From: a bacterium
GTDB taxonomy: Bacteria; Patescibacteriota; Minisyncoccia; UBA6257; JAGOQP01
Assembly (NCBI GenBank): GCA_021814695.1
Contig: JAKAHY010000005.1
Coordinates: 1,364-65,363 of the forward strand
DNA length: 64,000 nt
Direction: 5' to 3'
The notes beneath the pieces were generated by a model. That model did no database searches. It saw nothing but the letters and a program-made list of their open reading frames with translations, and had not been told where the DNA came from. Position numbers and translations under genes: made by a program. Shown piece by piece: positions 38,694 through 48,748 of the stretch (position 1 is its first letter; each line of letters starts with the position of its first letter).

Positions 38694-41600
38694 ATGTCTG
38701 AATTTGTTCATCTCCACAATCATAGCCACTACTCTCTACTGGATGGACTCGCAAAAATAGATGATTTTGTGGCACAAGCAAAAAATCTGGGGATGGAAGC
38801 GATCGCTCTTACCGATCACGGCAACTTATACGGCGCAATTGAGTTTTATAAAGAGGCAAAAAAACAGGGAATAAAACCGATTTTGGGAGTCGAGGCATAC
38901 CTGGCTCCAAAAAGCCGGCACATAAAGACCGCAACCGAAGCGGATAAATATTTTCATACAACTCTCCTGGCAAAAAATAATGTTGGTTGGCACAACCTGA
39001 TACAATTGATAACCAAAGCCAACCTTGAAGGATTCTATTACAAGCCGAGAATAGATAAGGAACTCTTGGAACAATATAAGGAAGGTCTGATAGTCTTATC
39101 CGGTTGTCCGTCGGGAGAAATTCCAAGAATGATCCTAAGAAATCAAATCGATGAAGCTTATAAAGCGGCGGATTATTATAAAGATCTTTTGGGAGAGGAT
39201 TTCTATATAGAGATATGGAATCAGCCCAAACTGAAAGATATCCATAAAGCAGTCCCCTATCTACTGGATATAGCAAAAGAAAAAAATATTCCCTTGGTAG
39301 CCACTCAAGACACTCATTATTTAAAAAAAGAAGATGCATTTTATCACGACGTTCTTCTGGCTGTACAAACAGGAAATAAAATAACCGATGATGACAGATT
39401 CTCGTTGAGAGCCGGAGAGTTCCATATGAGGTCAGTGGATGAAATGAAAAAGATATTCATCCAGCATCCCGAAGCAATATCCAATACGGTAAAAATCGCC
39501 GAAAAATGCAATGTTGAAATTCCTTTAGGAAAAACTCTGCTTCCTAAATTTCCGATTCCGGAAGGATTTACAAGCTTCTCTTTTCTAAAAAAGCTCATAG
39601 ACGAAAGAATCGCGGCCCGCTATCCGATTTTGGAGAATGAAATAAAAGACAGGTTGGACTACGAGCTTGGCGTTATAGAAAAAACAGGTTTTTCAGATTA
39701 CTTTCTTATAGTTCAGGATTTTGTTAATTGGGCCAAAGACCGCAAAATTGTCGTCGGCCCAGGAAGAGGATCGGCTGCCGGAAGCATAGTGTCTTACATT
39801 TTAAGAATAACCGAAATCGATCCCATTAAATACAACCTTCTTTTTGAACGTTTTTTGAATCCGGATCGTATCCAAATGCCGGATATAGATATAGATTTTA
39901 CCGACGTACGCAGAGATGAAGTTATGGGATATTTGCGGGAGAAATACGGCGAAAACAGCGTTGCCCACATTATAACCTTTGGAACAATGGCTTCCCGCGC
40001 AGCCATCAGAGACGCAGGTAGAGCTTTGGGCTTTTCTTACGGTTTTTGCGATGAAATAGCAAAGATGATTCCTTTTAATGCCGACTTGTCAGAAGCCCTG
40101 GAACAGGTACCTGAATTTAATAAACAGTATCAGGAAAATTCCGATGTTCATCGCCTAATTGATACCGCTCAACACTTGGAAGGGGTTGCCAGACACGCGT
40201 CGGTCCATGCTTGCGGAACGGTTATCGGAGCCAAGCCTCTTACCGAATATATGCCTCTGCAATATGCCCCTCAGGATCCGGATACAATCATCACTCAATT
40301 TGAGATGCACACCGTAGAAGATTTGGGCCTCCTTAAAATGGATTTGTTGGGATTGAAAAATCTGACCATTATAGAAAATACCATCCGCCTTATCCGGGAC
40401 ACACAGGGAGTAGAACTGGATATTTCCAAAATTCCTTTAGACGATGAAAAGACTTTCTCAATTTTGCAGGCAGCAGATACTACCGGAGTATTTCAGCTAG
40501 AATCCAGCGGAATGCGGAGATATCTTAAAGAGCTCAAACCCACAGAACTTGAAGATATAATCGCCATGGTAGCGCTTTATCGTCCGGGCCCAATGGAGCT
40601 TATTCCTCAATACATCGCGCGTAAACATAAAAGAGAACCCGTGACATATATTCATCCGTCACTTGAACCTATTTTGGGTAATACATACGGCATAGGAATT
40701 TACCAAGAGCAGATGATGCGCATAGCCAGAGACCTTGGAGGATTCACTCTCGCCGAAGCGGACACCTTAAGAAAGGCTATCGGAAAGAAAATAAAGGAGC
40801 TTTTGGATTTACAACAAGAGAGATTAGTGTCCGGAATGATTAAAAATGGAATAGATAAACCGATTGCTCTTCAGATTTGGGATCTTTTTCCTCCGTTTGC
40901 CAGATATGGGTTTAACAGAAGCCATGCCGTATGTTATGCGCTTATCGCTTACCAGACTGCTTATCTAAAAACCCATTTCCCTATCGAGTTGGTGACATCA
41001 CTTTTAAATAACGACTCCGGAGATGTTGAGCGTGTAGCTTTTTTGGTTTCGGAGTCAAAAAAAATGGGGATTCAGGTTTTACCCCCCGATATCAATCAGA
41101 GCTATTCCATATTTGCTCCGGAAGGAAACCACATTCGATTCGGTCTGTCGGCAATTAAAAATGTCGGCTCCAATATAGTTGAAGCGATTGTATCCGAAAG
41201 GCAGAAAAACGGACCGTTTAAATCGTTTACCGATGTTTTGGCCCGGGTTACCCACAAAGACCTCAATAAGAAGTCGTTAGAAAGCCTCGCAAAGGCCGGT
41301 GTTTTTGACAGCCTCGGCATCGAAAGAAATTCTATTCTCGCAAACCTGGATAAAATTCTGGTATTTTCACAGCAAATAAAGAGACAGTCGGCGACTTCCC
41401 AAAACGGCCTCTTTTCCGGATCGAGTGAGAATTTTTCAATTTCTTTAGCTAAAGCTCCTCCCACAAACGAAGACGAAAGACTGCGCTGGGAAAAAGAGCT
41501 GCTTGGATTTTATATATCCGACCATCCGCTAAAAAAATATCAGAAGTTTTTTCAGGAGAAAAAAGTCTCGCCCATAAAATCAGTGCTTAATAGAACCGCT

Positions 41601-41861
41601 ACATCCAGTCTGTCAGGAACATATCGCGTTGCCGGAATCGTCACGGCGGTCAAAAAAATAATGACCAAGACGAAGAAACCCATAGCATTTGCAAGAATTG
41701 AAGATTTGAGCGATACTCTAGAAATAGTGGTTTTCTCGGAAATTTTGGAAAGAAAACCAGAAGCCTGGGAGCCTCAAAATATAATTATCGTCCAGGGAAA
41801 ATTATCCCAGAGGGAAAATGAGCCGAAAATAATCGCCGATCAAGTCATAAAGATAAATTAA
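38694..41861 (+). CDS. dnaE: DNA polymerase III alpha subunit
   Basis: PHP motif HLHNHSHYSLLDG, GRGSAAGS, MPDIDIDF and C-terminal OB fold; start set at ATG 38694. Confidence 0.98.
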   Translation: MSEFVHLHNHSHYSLLDGLAKIDDFVAQAKNLGMEAIALTDHGNLYGAIEFYKEAKKQGIKPILGVEAYLAPKSRHIKTATEADKYFHTTLLAKNNVGWHNLIQLITKANLEGFYYKPRIDKELLEQYKEGLIVLSGCPSGEIPRMILRNQIDEAYKAADYYKDLLGEDFYIEIWNQPKLKDIHKAVPYLLDIAKEKNIPLVATQDTHYLKKEDAFYHDVLLAVQTGNKITDDDRFSLRAGEFHMRSVDEMKKIFIQHPEAISNTVKIAEKCNVEIPLGKTLLPKFPIPEGFTSFSFLKKLIDERIAARYPILENEIKDRLDYELGVIEKTGFSDYFLIVQDFVNWAKDRKIVVGPGRGSAAGSIVSYILRITEIDPIKYNLLFERFLNPDRIQMPDIDIDFTDVRRDEVMGYLREKYGENSVAHIITFGTMASRAAIRDAGRALGFSYGFCDEIAKMIPFNADLSEALEQVPEFNKQYQENSDVHRLIDTAQHLEGVARHASVHACGTVIGAKPLTEYMPLQYAPQDPDTIITQFEMHTVEDLGLLKMDLLGLKNLTIIENTIRLIRDTQGVELDISKIPLDDEKTFSILQAADTTGVFQLESSGMRRYLKELKPTELEDIIAMVALYRPGPMELIPQYIARKHKREPVTYIHPSLEPILGNTYGIGIYQEQMMRIARDLGGFTLAEADTLRKAIGKKIKELLDLQQERLVSGMIKNGIDKPIALQIWDLFPPFARYGFNRSHAVCYALIAYQTAYLKTHFPIELVTSLLNNDSGDVERVAFLVSESKKMGIQVLPPDINQSYSIFAPEGNHIRFGLSAIKNVGSNIVEAIVSERQKNGPFKSFTDVLARVTHKDLNKKSLESLAKAGVFDSLGIERNSILANLDKILVFSQQIKRQSATSQNGLFSGSSENFSISLAKAPPTNEDERLRWEKELLGFYISDHPLKKYQKFFQEKKVSPIKSVLNRTATSSLSGTYRVAGIVTAVKKIMTKTKKPIAFARIEDLSDTLEIVVFSEILERKPEAWEPQNIIIVQGKLSQRENEPKIIADQVIKIN

Positions 41862-41883
41862 CGCGATACGAATAAATGCGAAT

Positions 41884-43659
41884 ATGCCCAAGAAGAATAA
41901 CGAAAAGGAAAATCAAATACACAAAATAAGGCACTCGCTGTCTCATTTATTAGCTACTGCTGTTTTGGAAAAATGGCCGGATACAAAACTCGGAATTGGA
42001 CCCGTTATTGAAAACGGATTTTACTACGACTTTGATTTTAAAAAACCTATTGCCGATTCCGACCTCAGTGGACTTGAGGGAAGGATGAAAGATCTAATAA
42101 AAGAAAAAATCGATTTCAAGAAGAAACCGATTTCCCCCGCACAAGCGAAAAAAATGTTTGCCAAGGCAATCTATAAACTTCAGCTTGTAAATGAGTTGGT
42201 TAAATCCAAAAAACCTCTTTCTATATATGTGAGCGGTAAATTCACCGATCTTTGTTCCGGGCCTCATGTAAAAAATACATCGGAAATTGATTTCCGGGCT
42301 TTTAAACTGACCTCTATCGCCGGTGCTTATTGGAAAGGAAGCGAAAAAAACAAGATGCTTACCCGCATCTATGGCGTGGCATTTTCTACAAAACAAGAAC
42401 TGGAGGCGTACCTAAAAAACCAGGAAGAGGCGGAAAAAAGAGACCATCGTAAATTGGGAAAAGAGCTCAAGATATTCACTTTCAACGACTATGTCGGACC
42501 GGGACTACCCCTATGGTTGCCCAACGGCGCGGCTATGATAGAAGAGCTGGAAAAACTAGCCAAAGAAAAAGAATGGAAAGCGGGATATTCAAGGGTTAAA
42601 ACACCGCATATTGCCAAAGAAATAATGTACAAAACATCAGGACATCTGCCTTACTATGCAGACTCAATGTATCCTCCGATGATATTGGACGAAAACGGAC
42701 AGAAGGTAACATATTACCTGAAAGCAATGAATTGCCCTCATCATCACCAGATTTATGCATCCGAACCCAGAAGTTACCGAGATTTACCCGTCCGCTTAGC
42801 CGAATATGGAACCTGCTACCGGTACGAAAAAAGTGGAGAACTTTTTGGTTTAATGAGGGTTCGCTCAATGCAAATGAATGATGCCCATATTTATTGCACG
42901 GAAGACCAGTTTTCCGATGAATTTGTGGCTGTTATAAAAATGTACCTTGAATATTTCAAGATTTTCGATATCAAAAGATATGTTATGCGATTCAGCACTC
43001 ACAGCAAGGAGGGGCTGGGAAAGAAATACATAAATAACGAGAAACTTTGGATAAAAACGGAAAAAATGGTTCGTGATGTTTTGAAGAAAGAAAAAATTGA
43101 ATTTGTAGAAGTCCCCGATGAAGCCGCATTCTACGGACCAAAGATTGATGTTGAAGTTTGGAGCGCTATCGGAAGAGAATTTACGCTGGCAACAAACCAG
43201 GTTGACTTTGCCGTTCCCGAAAGATTTGGCCTTAAATTCACAAATGAAAAAGGCAGGGAAGAAACTCCACTTTGTATTCACAGAGCCCCTCTTTCAACTC
43301 ACGAAAGATTGATAGGATTTTTAATAGAACATTACGCCGGAGCTTTTCCCACTTGGTTATCCCCGATTCAGTCAACTATTTTGCCGATTTCAGAAAAACA
43401 TATGGATTATGCCAAAGAGGTAAAGTCAAAACTTATGGATTCCGGAATCCGGGTTGAAATATCAGAAGCCAACGAAACTCTGGGGAAAAGAATTAGAGAG
43501 GCTGAGATGAAAAAGATTCCCTACATTCTGGTTGTCGGCGATCAAGAAAAACAATCAAACTCTGTCAGCGTCAGAAGCCGCCAAAACAAACAGATGGGAG
43601 AAATGAGTTTTGACCAATTTCTGGAACAGATTAAAAAAGAAATAGCCGAAAGAAAATAA
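41884..43659 (+). CDS. thrS: Threonine--tRNA ligase
   Basis: DLCSGPH, RDHRKLG, KAMNCP and AFYGPKID. Confidence 0.98.
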   Translation: MPKKNNEKENQIHKIRHSLSHLLATAVLEKWPDTKLGIGPVIENGFYYDFDFKKPIADSDLSGLEGRMKDLIKEKIDFKKKPISPAQAKKMFAKAIYKLQLVNELVKSKKPLSIYVSGKFTDLCSGPHVKNTSEIDFRAFKLTSIAGAYWKGSEKNKMLTRIYGVAFSTKQELEAYLKNQEEAEKRDHRKLGKELKIFTFNDYVGPGLPLWLPNGAAMIEELEKLAKEKEWKAGYSRVKTPHIAKEIMYKTSGHLPYYADSMYPPMILDENGQKVTYYLKAMNCPHHHQIYASEPRSYRDLPVRLAEYGTCYRYEKSGELFGLMRVRSMQMNDAHIYCTEDQFSDEFVAVIKMYLEYFKIFDIKRYVMRFSTHSKEGLGKKYINNEKLWIKTEKMVRDVLKKEKIEFVEVPDEAAFYGPKIDVEVWSAIGREFTLATNQVDFAVPERFGLKFTNEKGREETPLCIHRAPLSTHERLIGFLIEHYAGAFPTWLSPIQSTILPISEKHMDYAKEVKSKLMDSGIRVEISEANETLGKRIREAEMKKIPYILVVGDQEKQSNSVSVRSRQNKQMGEMSFDQFLEQIKKEIAERK

Positions 43660-43685
43660 TCTCCTCCCGAAAGGGAGGTTTTAGG

Positions 43686-44615
43686 ATGCAGAATCAAAAA
43701 ATTATAGCAGTCGTAGGACCGACCGCGTCTGGAAAATCCGATTTGGCGGTAAATATTGCGTTATTCATAAAAAAGAACGCCAAGAGGTTGGGCGTTAACG
43801 GTGCTGAAATAATTTCGGCCGATTCTCGTCAGATTTACAAATGGCTGGACATAGGCTCAAACAAAATAACCGCAAAAGAAATGCGGGGCATTCCCCATTA
43901 TTTGTTAAGCATCGCCAGTCCCAAAATAAATTTTTCCGCGGCCCGATACCAAAGGCTTGCGGTAAAAGCCATAAAAAATATTACAAAGAACAATAAAATC
44001 CCTATTATATGCGGAGGAACGGGGCTTTATATAGATTCGGTAATATATGGAATTAAATTTCCAGAAACAAAACCGGACTTAAAACTTCGTAAAAAATTGG
44101 AAAGAATGGAAACCAAAAAACTGTTTGAACTTCTTCAAAAAAAAGACAAAAACAGATCGCTTTCAATAGACCCTCATAACAGAAGACGACTCATCCGGGC
44201 ATTGGAAATAAATTTTTCTACGGGAAGGCCGGTTTCTGCTCTGAAGAAAGAACTGCAGTTTAACGCGCTTTGGCTGGGATTATCCGCAGACAAAAATATT
44301 TTAAAAGGAAAACTCGCCATCAGACTCGATAAGCGCCTAAAAAAAGGAATTGTTCCGGAAGTAAATAATCTTCATAAAAAACACGGCTTGTCCTGGAAAC
44401 GCCTGGAATCATTCGGTCTCGAATATAAGTTCGTAGCTCAATTTCTTCAGAATAAAATATCAAAAGAAGAAATGAAGGAAAAAATAATAAACGAAAGCGC
44501 TAAATACGCCAAGCGCCAGATAACGTGGTTTAAAAGAAACTCCCAAATCCATTGGATTGAAGGCAAACAAAAAGCCCTCGATCTTGTCGAGAGCTTTTTG
44601 CGGGTTTCTTATTAA
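43686..44615 (+). CDS. miaA: tRNA dimethylallyltransferase
   Basis: GPTASGKS, ISADSRQIY, GGTGLY and YAKRQITWF. Confidence 0.97.
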   Translation: MQNQKIIAVVGPTASGKSDLAVNIALFIKKNAKRLGVNGAEIISADSRQIYKWLDIGSNKITAKEMRGIPHYLLSIASPKINFSAARYQRLAVKAIKNITKNNKIPIICGGTGLYIDSVIYGIKFPETKPDLKLRKKLERMETKKLFELLQKKDKNRSLSIDPHNRRRLIRALEINFSTGRPVSALKKELQFNALWLGLSADKNILKGKLAIRLDKRLKKGIVPEVNNLHKKHGLSWKRLESFGLEYKFVAQFLQNKISKEEMKEKIINESAKYAKRQITWFKRNSQIHWIEGKQKALDLVESFLRVSY

Positions 44616-45100
44616 AGACCAACCTGATCCTTAAACTGGCCCCAGTAATTTTTTTCTATCATCTTTCTTGCCAACTCTTTTCCTTTATCACCTTGAGTTT
44701 TTGCAAGAACGCTTTCCGTTTCTTTACCAACCTCAAGCCCCAAATATGCGGCGATATCTTCCGATTTTGCCATGCTGTAGGAATGGCCCATGAGCCATCC
44801 GTTTAGAGTGCCCTTCATTGTCTCTATCTGTACTTTTAAGGCGTCGTCCACAACAATCTTATCCAGATTATTAACACACGCATCCGCGAATAAACGTGCA
44901 ATTTGCTCAACGGACATTTTCAATAATCCGTTTTCTTTATTGAAATCCGCGACTTTCTCACTAAATGAAGGCTCTTCAAACCCTGCCGGCTGATAAGTAA
45001 CCGATTCCTCCTTTATTACTTCTCCTTCCGGAGTTTTTTCTTCCGGAACTACCTCTAATTCCTTTCCTTTATCCTGTACAAATTTATTTTCAGACATCAT
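44612..45100 (-). CDS. Hypothetical protein
   Basis: 162-aa ORF co-oriented downstream of gatB. Confidence 0.7.
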   Translation of the reverse strand: MMSENKFVQDKGKELEVVPEEKTPEGEVIKEESVTYQPAGFEEPSFSEKVADFNKENGLLKMSVEQIARLFADACVNNLDKIVVDDALKVQIETMKGTLNGWLMGHSYSMAKSEDIAAYLGLEVGKETESVLAKTQGDKGKELARKMIEKNYWGQFKDQVGL

Positions 45101-45123
45101 ATTAATTTTAATTGTAATAATTG

Positions 45124-45513
45124 TTATTCGTTATTCGACTTTTGTTCAGAAAGCATATATTCGCGCCCTAAAGTATTCTTAGCGATATATTGCCATGCCT
45201 TTTGGGTTCTTGTTACCTTTTCAATAACATCCTGGCCCAAGCCCCCAAGGTTGAGGCGCTCTATTTCTTTTTGCACGCCCCGATTAATTTCCTCAAAAAC
45301 ATCGTCCCAGTTGAGCGCGCTGTTTCTTTTGATTATTTCCTCAAAGGCCCCGACAGCTTCAGCCATTCCCTGCTCATTGATTCCTTTCCCGGGCATACTG
45401 ACTACTTTTCGAATTTCACGCATGGCCGTATCAACAACCGCCCTCATGCGATCTTCCGTTTCCATAGACTGATTGTTTTTTTCCTTGCGTATTGGCATTT
45501 TTTCTATGTTCAT
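45124..45513 (-). CDS. Hypothetical protein
   Basis: 129-aa ORF starting 2 nt after the gatB stop. Confidence 0.7.
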   Translation of the reverse strand: MNIEKMPIRKEKNNQSMETEDRMRAVVDTAMREIRKVVSMPGKGINEQGMAEAVGAFEEIIKRNSALNWDDVFEEINRGVQKEIERLNLGGLGQDVIEKVTRTQKAWQYIAKNTLGREYMLSEQKSNNE

Positions 45514-45515
45514 AA

Positions 45516-46955
45516 TTATGATAATAGTTTTTTAAGCAATTGTCTCGCAACCTCCGGATTTGCTTTTCCTCTGGTTTTTGCCATTACTTGGCCGACGAGA
45601 AACTGCATTGCATTTTCTTTTCCTTGCTTGTAATCATAACACACTTTACTATTATTGTCAATTATGTCCTGAATTATACTCTCCAACCCGCTTTCGTCGG
45701 AAATTTGGCCCAGTCCCTCGCTATTAATTATATCTTCGGGCACCTGGCCGGTTTCAAAAGATTTAGCCAATACATCTTTGGCAACCCGACTGGATATTTT
45801 GTTTTCAGACAAAAATGCAACTGTTGTTCCCATGCTTAGTGGAACAAGCTTTGACTCCGAAAGAGCTATCCCTTTTTCTGCCTCTATGCCCTTAATATCC
45901 GATACCAGATAATTATACACCATCTCAGGATTACCGTCGGGAATAATTGATTTTAATTCCGAAACAGACTCCTCAAAAAAATCGCTCAAGAATTGGTCGC
46001 GGACCAGAATTTCTACTTGGGTTTTTGAAAGATTATATTCGGCTGATATTCTTTCCCTTTTTTGAGACGGCAATTCGGATATTTCTGATTTTATCTTATT
46101 TATGTAATCGTCATCAAAAGTCATCGGGGGTAAATCGGGCTCAGGAAAATACCGGTAGTCGTGAGCCTCTTCTTTTGATCGCTGGGATATGGTTTTTTGT
46201 TTTGCCTCATCCCAACCCCGAGTTTCCTGAATAATTTTTTCTCCTTTTTCGAGCGCCTTCTGTTGCCTCTCAATTTCGTAAGCTATGGATCCGGAAACCG
46301 CCCTAAAAGAATTGAGGTTTTTTACTTCAACTTTTGTGCCTAATTTTTCGGAATCCTGTTGAGCAATGGATATATTGGCTTCAATTCTCAGTTGGCCCTT
46401 TTCCATATCAGCCATCGAAACCTTAAGCGTTCGGATAATGAGTTGAAATTCCTGGGCAAATTCAACAACATCCTCGGCATTATCAAAATCAGGCTCGGTC
46501 ACAAGTTCCATAAGAGGAACTCCGGCACGGTTAAAATCGACAAGGCTATGTTTACCATCGGCGGCATGGGCCAATCTGCCGGTATCCTCCTCAAGATGTA
46601 TTCTGGTAATCCTTATTTTTTTACCGTTTGACGGCAAGATAAGATAGCCATTAAGACAAAGCGGCTGGTCGTATTGGCTGATTTGGTAGGCCTTGGGAAG
46701 ATCGGGGTAAAAATAATTCTTCCTGTCGAACTTGGAGATTTTGTTTATTTCGCAGTTTAAAGCCAGTCCGGTTTTAATAACCATATCCACCGCTCCTTTG
46801 TTCATTTTTGGAAGAGTCCCCGGATGACCCAGACAGATAGGACAAACATTAACATTGGGTTTTATTTGTTCGGGGTCATTGTCGCAGTCGCAAAACATTT
46901 TGGTTTGCGTTGCCAATTCAGAGTGAATCTCTAATCCAATTGTCGGTTTATACAT
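45516..46955 (-). CDS. gatB: Asp/Glu-tRNA amidotransferase subunit B
   Basis: IGLEIH, DRKNYFYPDLPK, NRAGVPLME and DYRYFPEPDL. Confidence 0.98.
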   Translation of the reverse strand: MYKPTIGLEIHSELATQTKMFCDCDNDPEQIKPNVNVCPICLGHPGTLPKMNKGAVDMVIKTGLALNCEINKISKFDRKNYFYPDLPKAYQISQYDQPLCLNGYLILPSNGKKIRITRIHLEEDTGRLAHAADGKHSLVDFNRAGVPLMELVTEPDFDNAEDVVEFAQEFQLIIRTLKVSMADMEKGQLRIEANISIAQQDSEKLGTKVEVKNLNSFRAVSGSIAYEIERQQKALEKGEKIIQETRGWDEAKQKTISQRSKEEAHDYRYFPEPDLPPMTFDDDYINKIKSEISELPSQKRERISAEYNLSKTQVEILVRDQFLSDFFEESVSELKSIIPDGNPEMVYNYLVSDIKGIEAEKGIALSESKLVPLSMGTTVAFLSENKISSRVAKDVLAKSFETGQVPEDIINSEGLGQISDESGLESIIQDIIDNNSKVCYDYKQGKENAMQFLVGQVMAKTRGKANPEVARQLLKKLLS

Positions 46956-46965
46956 AAATAAAAAA

Positions 46966-47610
46966 TTACAAATATTCTTTAAGCCTGTCTTTAACTATTT
47001 CGAAAACCTGTTCAGGAGAACCGCTGGCATCAACCACTTCGAATCCATCAAAATGAGCGCCGATAGAAAGATAGTTTTCTCTTACAGCCCTTAATTTATT
47101 CAAGCTTTCAAATATGGTCTTTCCATTGTTCCTCTTTTCTATCCTGGATAAGGCTACGTCGGGCTCCAAATCAAAGAAAATGGTCTTGGCGGGCATTACC
47201 ATTTCATCCCCTATTAATTCTTTGTGGTGATTCCAAAGAGTCTTCCAATGTAATGAGCCGTCCAAGCTTCCATATGCCAGATTCGAAAGAAAAAATCTGT
47301 CACAAAAAACCATTTGCCCTTTTTTGAGAGCAGGGCTGATTACTTTTTCAATATGTTCTTTTCTGTCCAGAATAAACAGCAGCTGCAACTGTTCGGCGGG
47401 AACATTTTTTATGCGCCCTCCGACTATATCCTCTATCTTTTCTGACCAAAATCCTTTTCGCGTATGTTCAAATGTAAAAATAACATCTTTGCGTTTTTTG
47501 GATTCAAAATGTCCTTTAAGCAGTTCTATTTGAGCCCCCTTACCCGAACCGTCTATACCCTCAAAAACAATGAAGTTTTTATTTATTTTTTCACTTAATA
47601 AACCGGCCAT
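46966..47610 (-). CDS. tmk: Thymidylate kinase
   Basis: FEGIDGSGK P-loop and CDRFFLSNLAY. Confidence 0.94.
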   Translation of the reverse strand: MAGLLSEKINKNFIVFEGIDGSGKGAQIELLKGHFESKKRKDVIFTFEHTRKGFWSEKIEDIVGGRIKNVPAEQLQLLFILDRKEHIEKVISPALKKGQMVFCDRFFLSNLAYGSLDGSLHWKTLWNHHKELIGDEMVMPAKTIFFDLEPDVALSRIEKRNNGKTIFESLNKLRAVRENYLSIGAHFDGFEVVDASGSPEQVFEIVKDRLKEYL

Positions 47611-47711
47611 ATTCCAAATTGTATAAGATTGAGCGATAAATATAAAGCCCCCGCTTTACAGCACTTTGATGCAGTGATATAACATAGCCAGCTACTTTAA
47701 AGGAGGCCCTA

Positions 47712-47939
47712 ATGGCCGGCGGAATTCCGGGACCGATTTTGTACGGATTTTTTGTCGCGCTTTATGTACTCGCTGATATAACGTGCATCAGGTTCATTGA
47801 AGACGGTTTGTGGCGCCACTTGGCGGAAAACGCTTTCATTAAGTTTCTGCTTTACGCCTTTGCTCCAATATTTTTTGTTTTCTATCTTCTAACGGTTGCA
47901 GTTCGACTCTTACGCGCAAATGTCTTCGGAGACAAGTAA
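47712..47939 (+). CDS. Small membrane protein (ORFan)
   Basis: AAAGGAGG SD; TTTACA-17-TATAAC promoter; two TM segments. Confidence 0.65.
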   Translation: MAGGIPGPILYGFFVALYVLADITCIRFIEDGLWRHLAENAFIKFLLYAFAPIFFVFYLLTVAVRLLRANVFGDK

Positions 47940-48202
47940 TGAGCTTGGTATTCTTCGCTAAACTGGCAATTACAGCAATTATCTGGCTAGTTTTTGGAGC
48001 GGCCCTAACCAAAGGAGTTTGCGCCGCCCTTAAAACCGAGCATGTTTTTAAAAATTGGCCATGGTGGAAGAAATTTGCAACGATATCGGCAGCACCACTG
48101 GCGGCCGCGCTCTACTTATTTATTACGCTGCTATTTGGTGTTTTCCCAAATCTTCCCGAAAAACTTGGACGTCTGTTGTACCGCTTCAAACACCCCGATT
48201 GA
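47939..48202 (+). CDS. Small membrane protein (ORFan)
   Basis: TAATG overlap with the previous gene; two TM segments. Confidence 0.65.
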   Translation: MSLVFFAKLAITAIIWLVFGAALTKGVCAALKTEHVFKNWPWWKKFATISAAPLAAALYLFITLLFGVFPNLPEKLGRLLYRFKHPD

Positions 48203-48278
48203 TTGTCGGGGATTTTTTATACCATAAAAAAACAGCTCACCTCACATGAACTGTCCTTTTATAAATTTTGATTCGGTC

Positions 48279-48704
48279 TTATTTTTCTACTTCAATTCCC
48301 ATGGAGCGGGCGGTTCCTTCAATGATTTTCATTGCCGCATTGATATCCCGCGCATTCAGATCTTTCATCTTCTTTTCGGCTATTTCTTTAACCTGAGCTT
48401 TGGTTACTTTTCCAACCTTAGTCCTCAGAGGATCTCCGGCGCCCTTGGCGGCTCCGGCGGCTTTTTTGAGCAAATCCGATGCCGGCGGGGTTTTTAAGAT
48501 AAACTCAAATGACCTGTCTTCATAAATAGTAATAACTGCGGGGACAACGCTTCCGGCCATATCCTTGGTTGCATCATTAAATTGCTGGCAGAACTGGCCC
48601 AAGTTTATTCCATGAGGTCCCAAAGCTGTACCAACCGGAGGTGCCGGAGTAGCTTTACCGGCTTCTAATTGCAGTTTAATTGTTGTTTTTATTGCTTTTG
48701 CCAT
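48279..48704 (-). CDS. rplK: 50S ribosomal protein L11
   Basis: [12 protein letters not shown] and GTARSMG. Confidence 0.99.
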   Translation of the reverse strand: MAKAIKTTIKLQLEAGKATPAPPVGTALGPHGINLGQFCQQFNDATKDMAGSVVPAVITIYEDRSFEFILKTPPASDLLKKAAGAAKGAGDPLRTKVGKVTKAQVKEIAEKKMKDLNARDINAAMKIIEGTARSMGIEVEK

Positions 48705-48707
48705 TGT

Positions 48708-48742
48708 TAGTGAATAGTAATTGGTAAATAGTAATTAGTCAA
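48708..48742. repeat. Heptamer tandem repeat
   Basis: tagtgaa tagtaat tggtaaa tagtaat tagtcaa. Confidence 0.75.
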
Positions 48743-48748
48743 AAAGGA

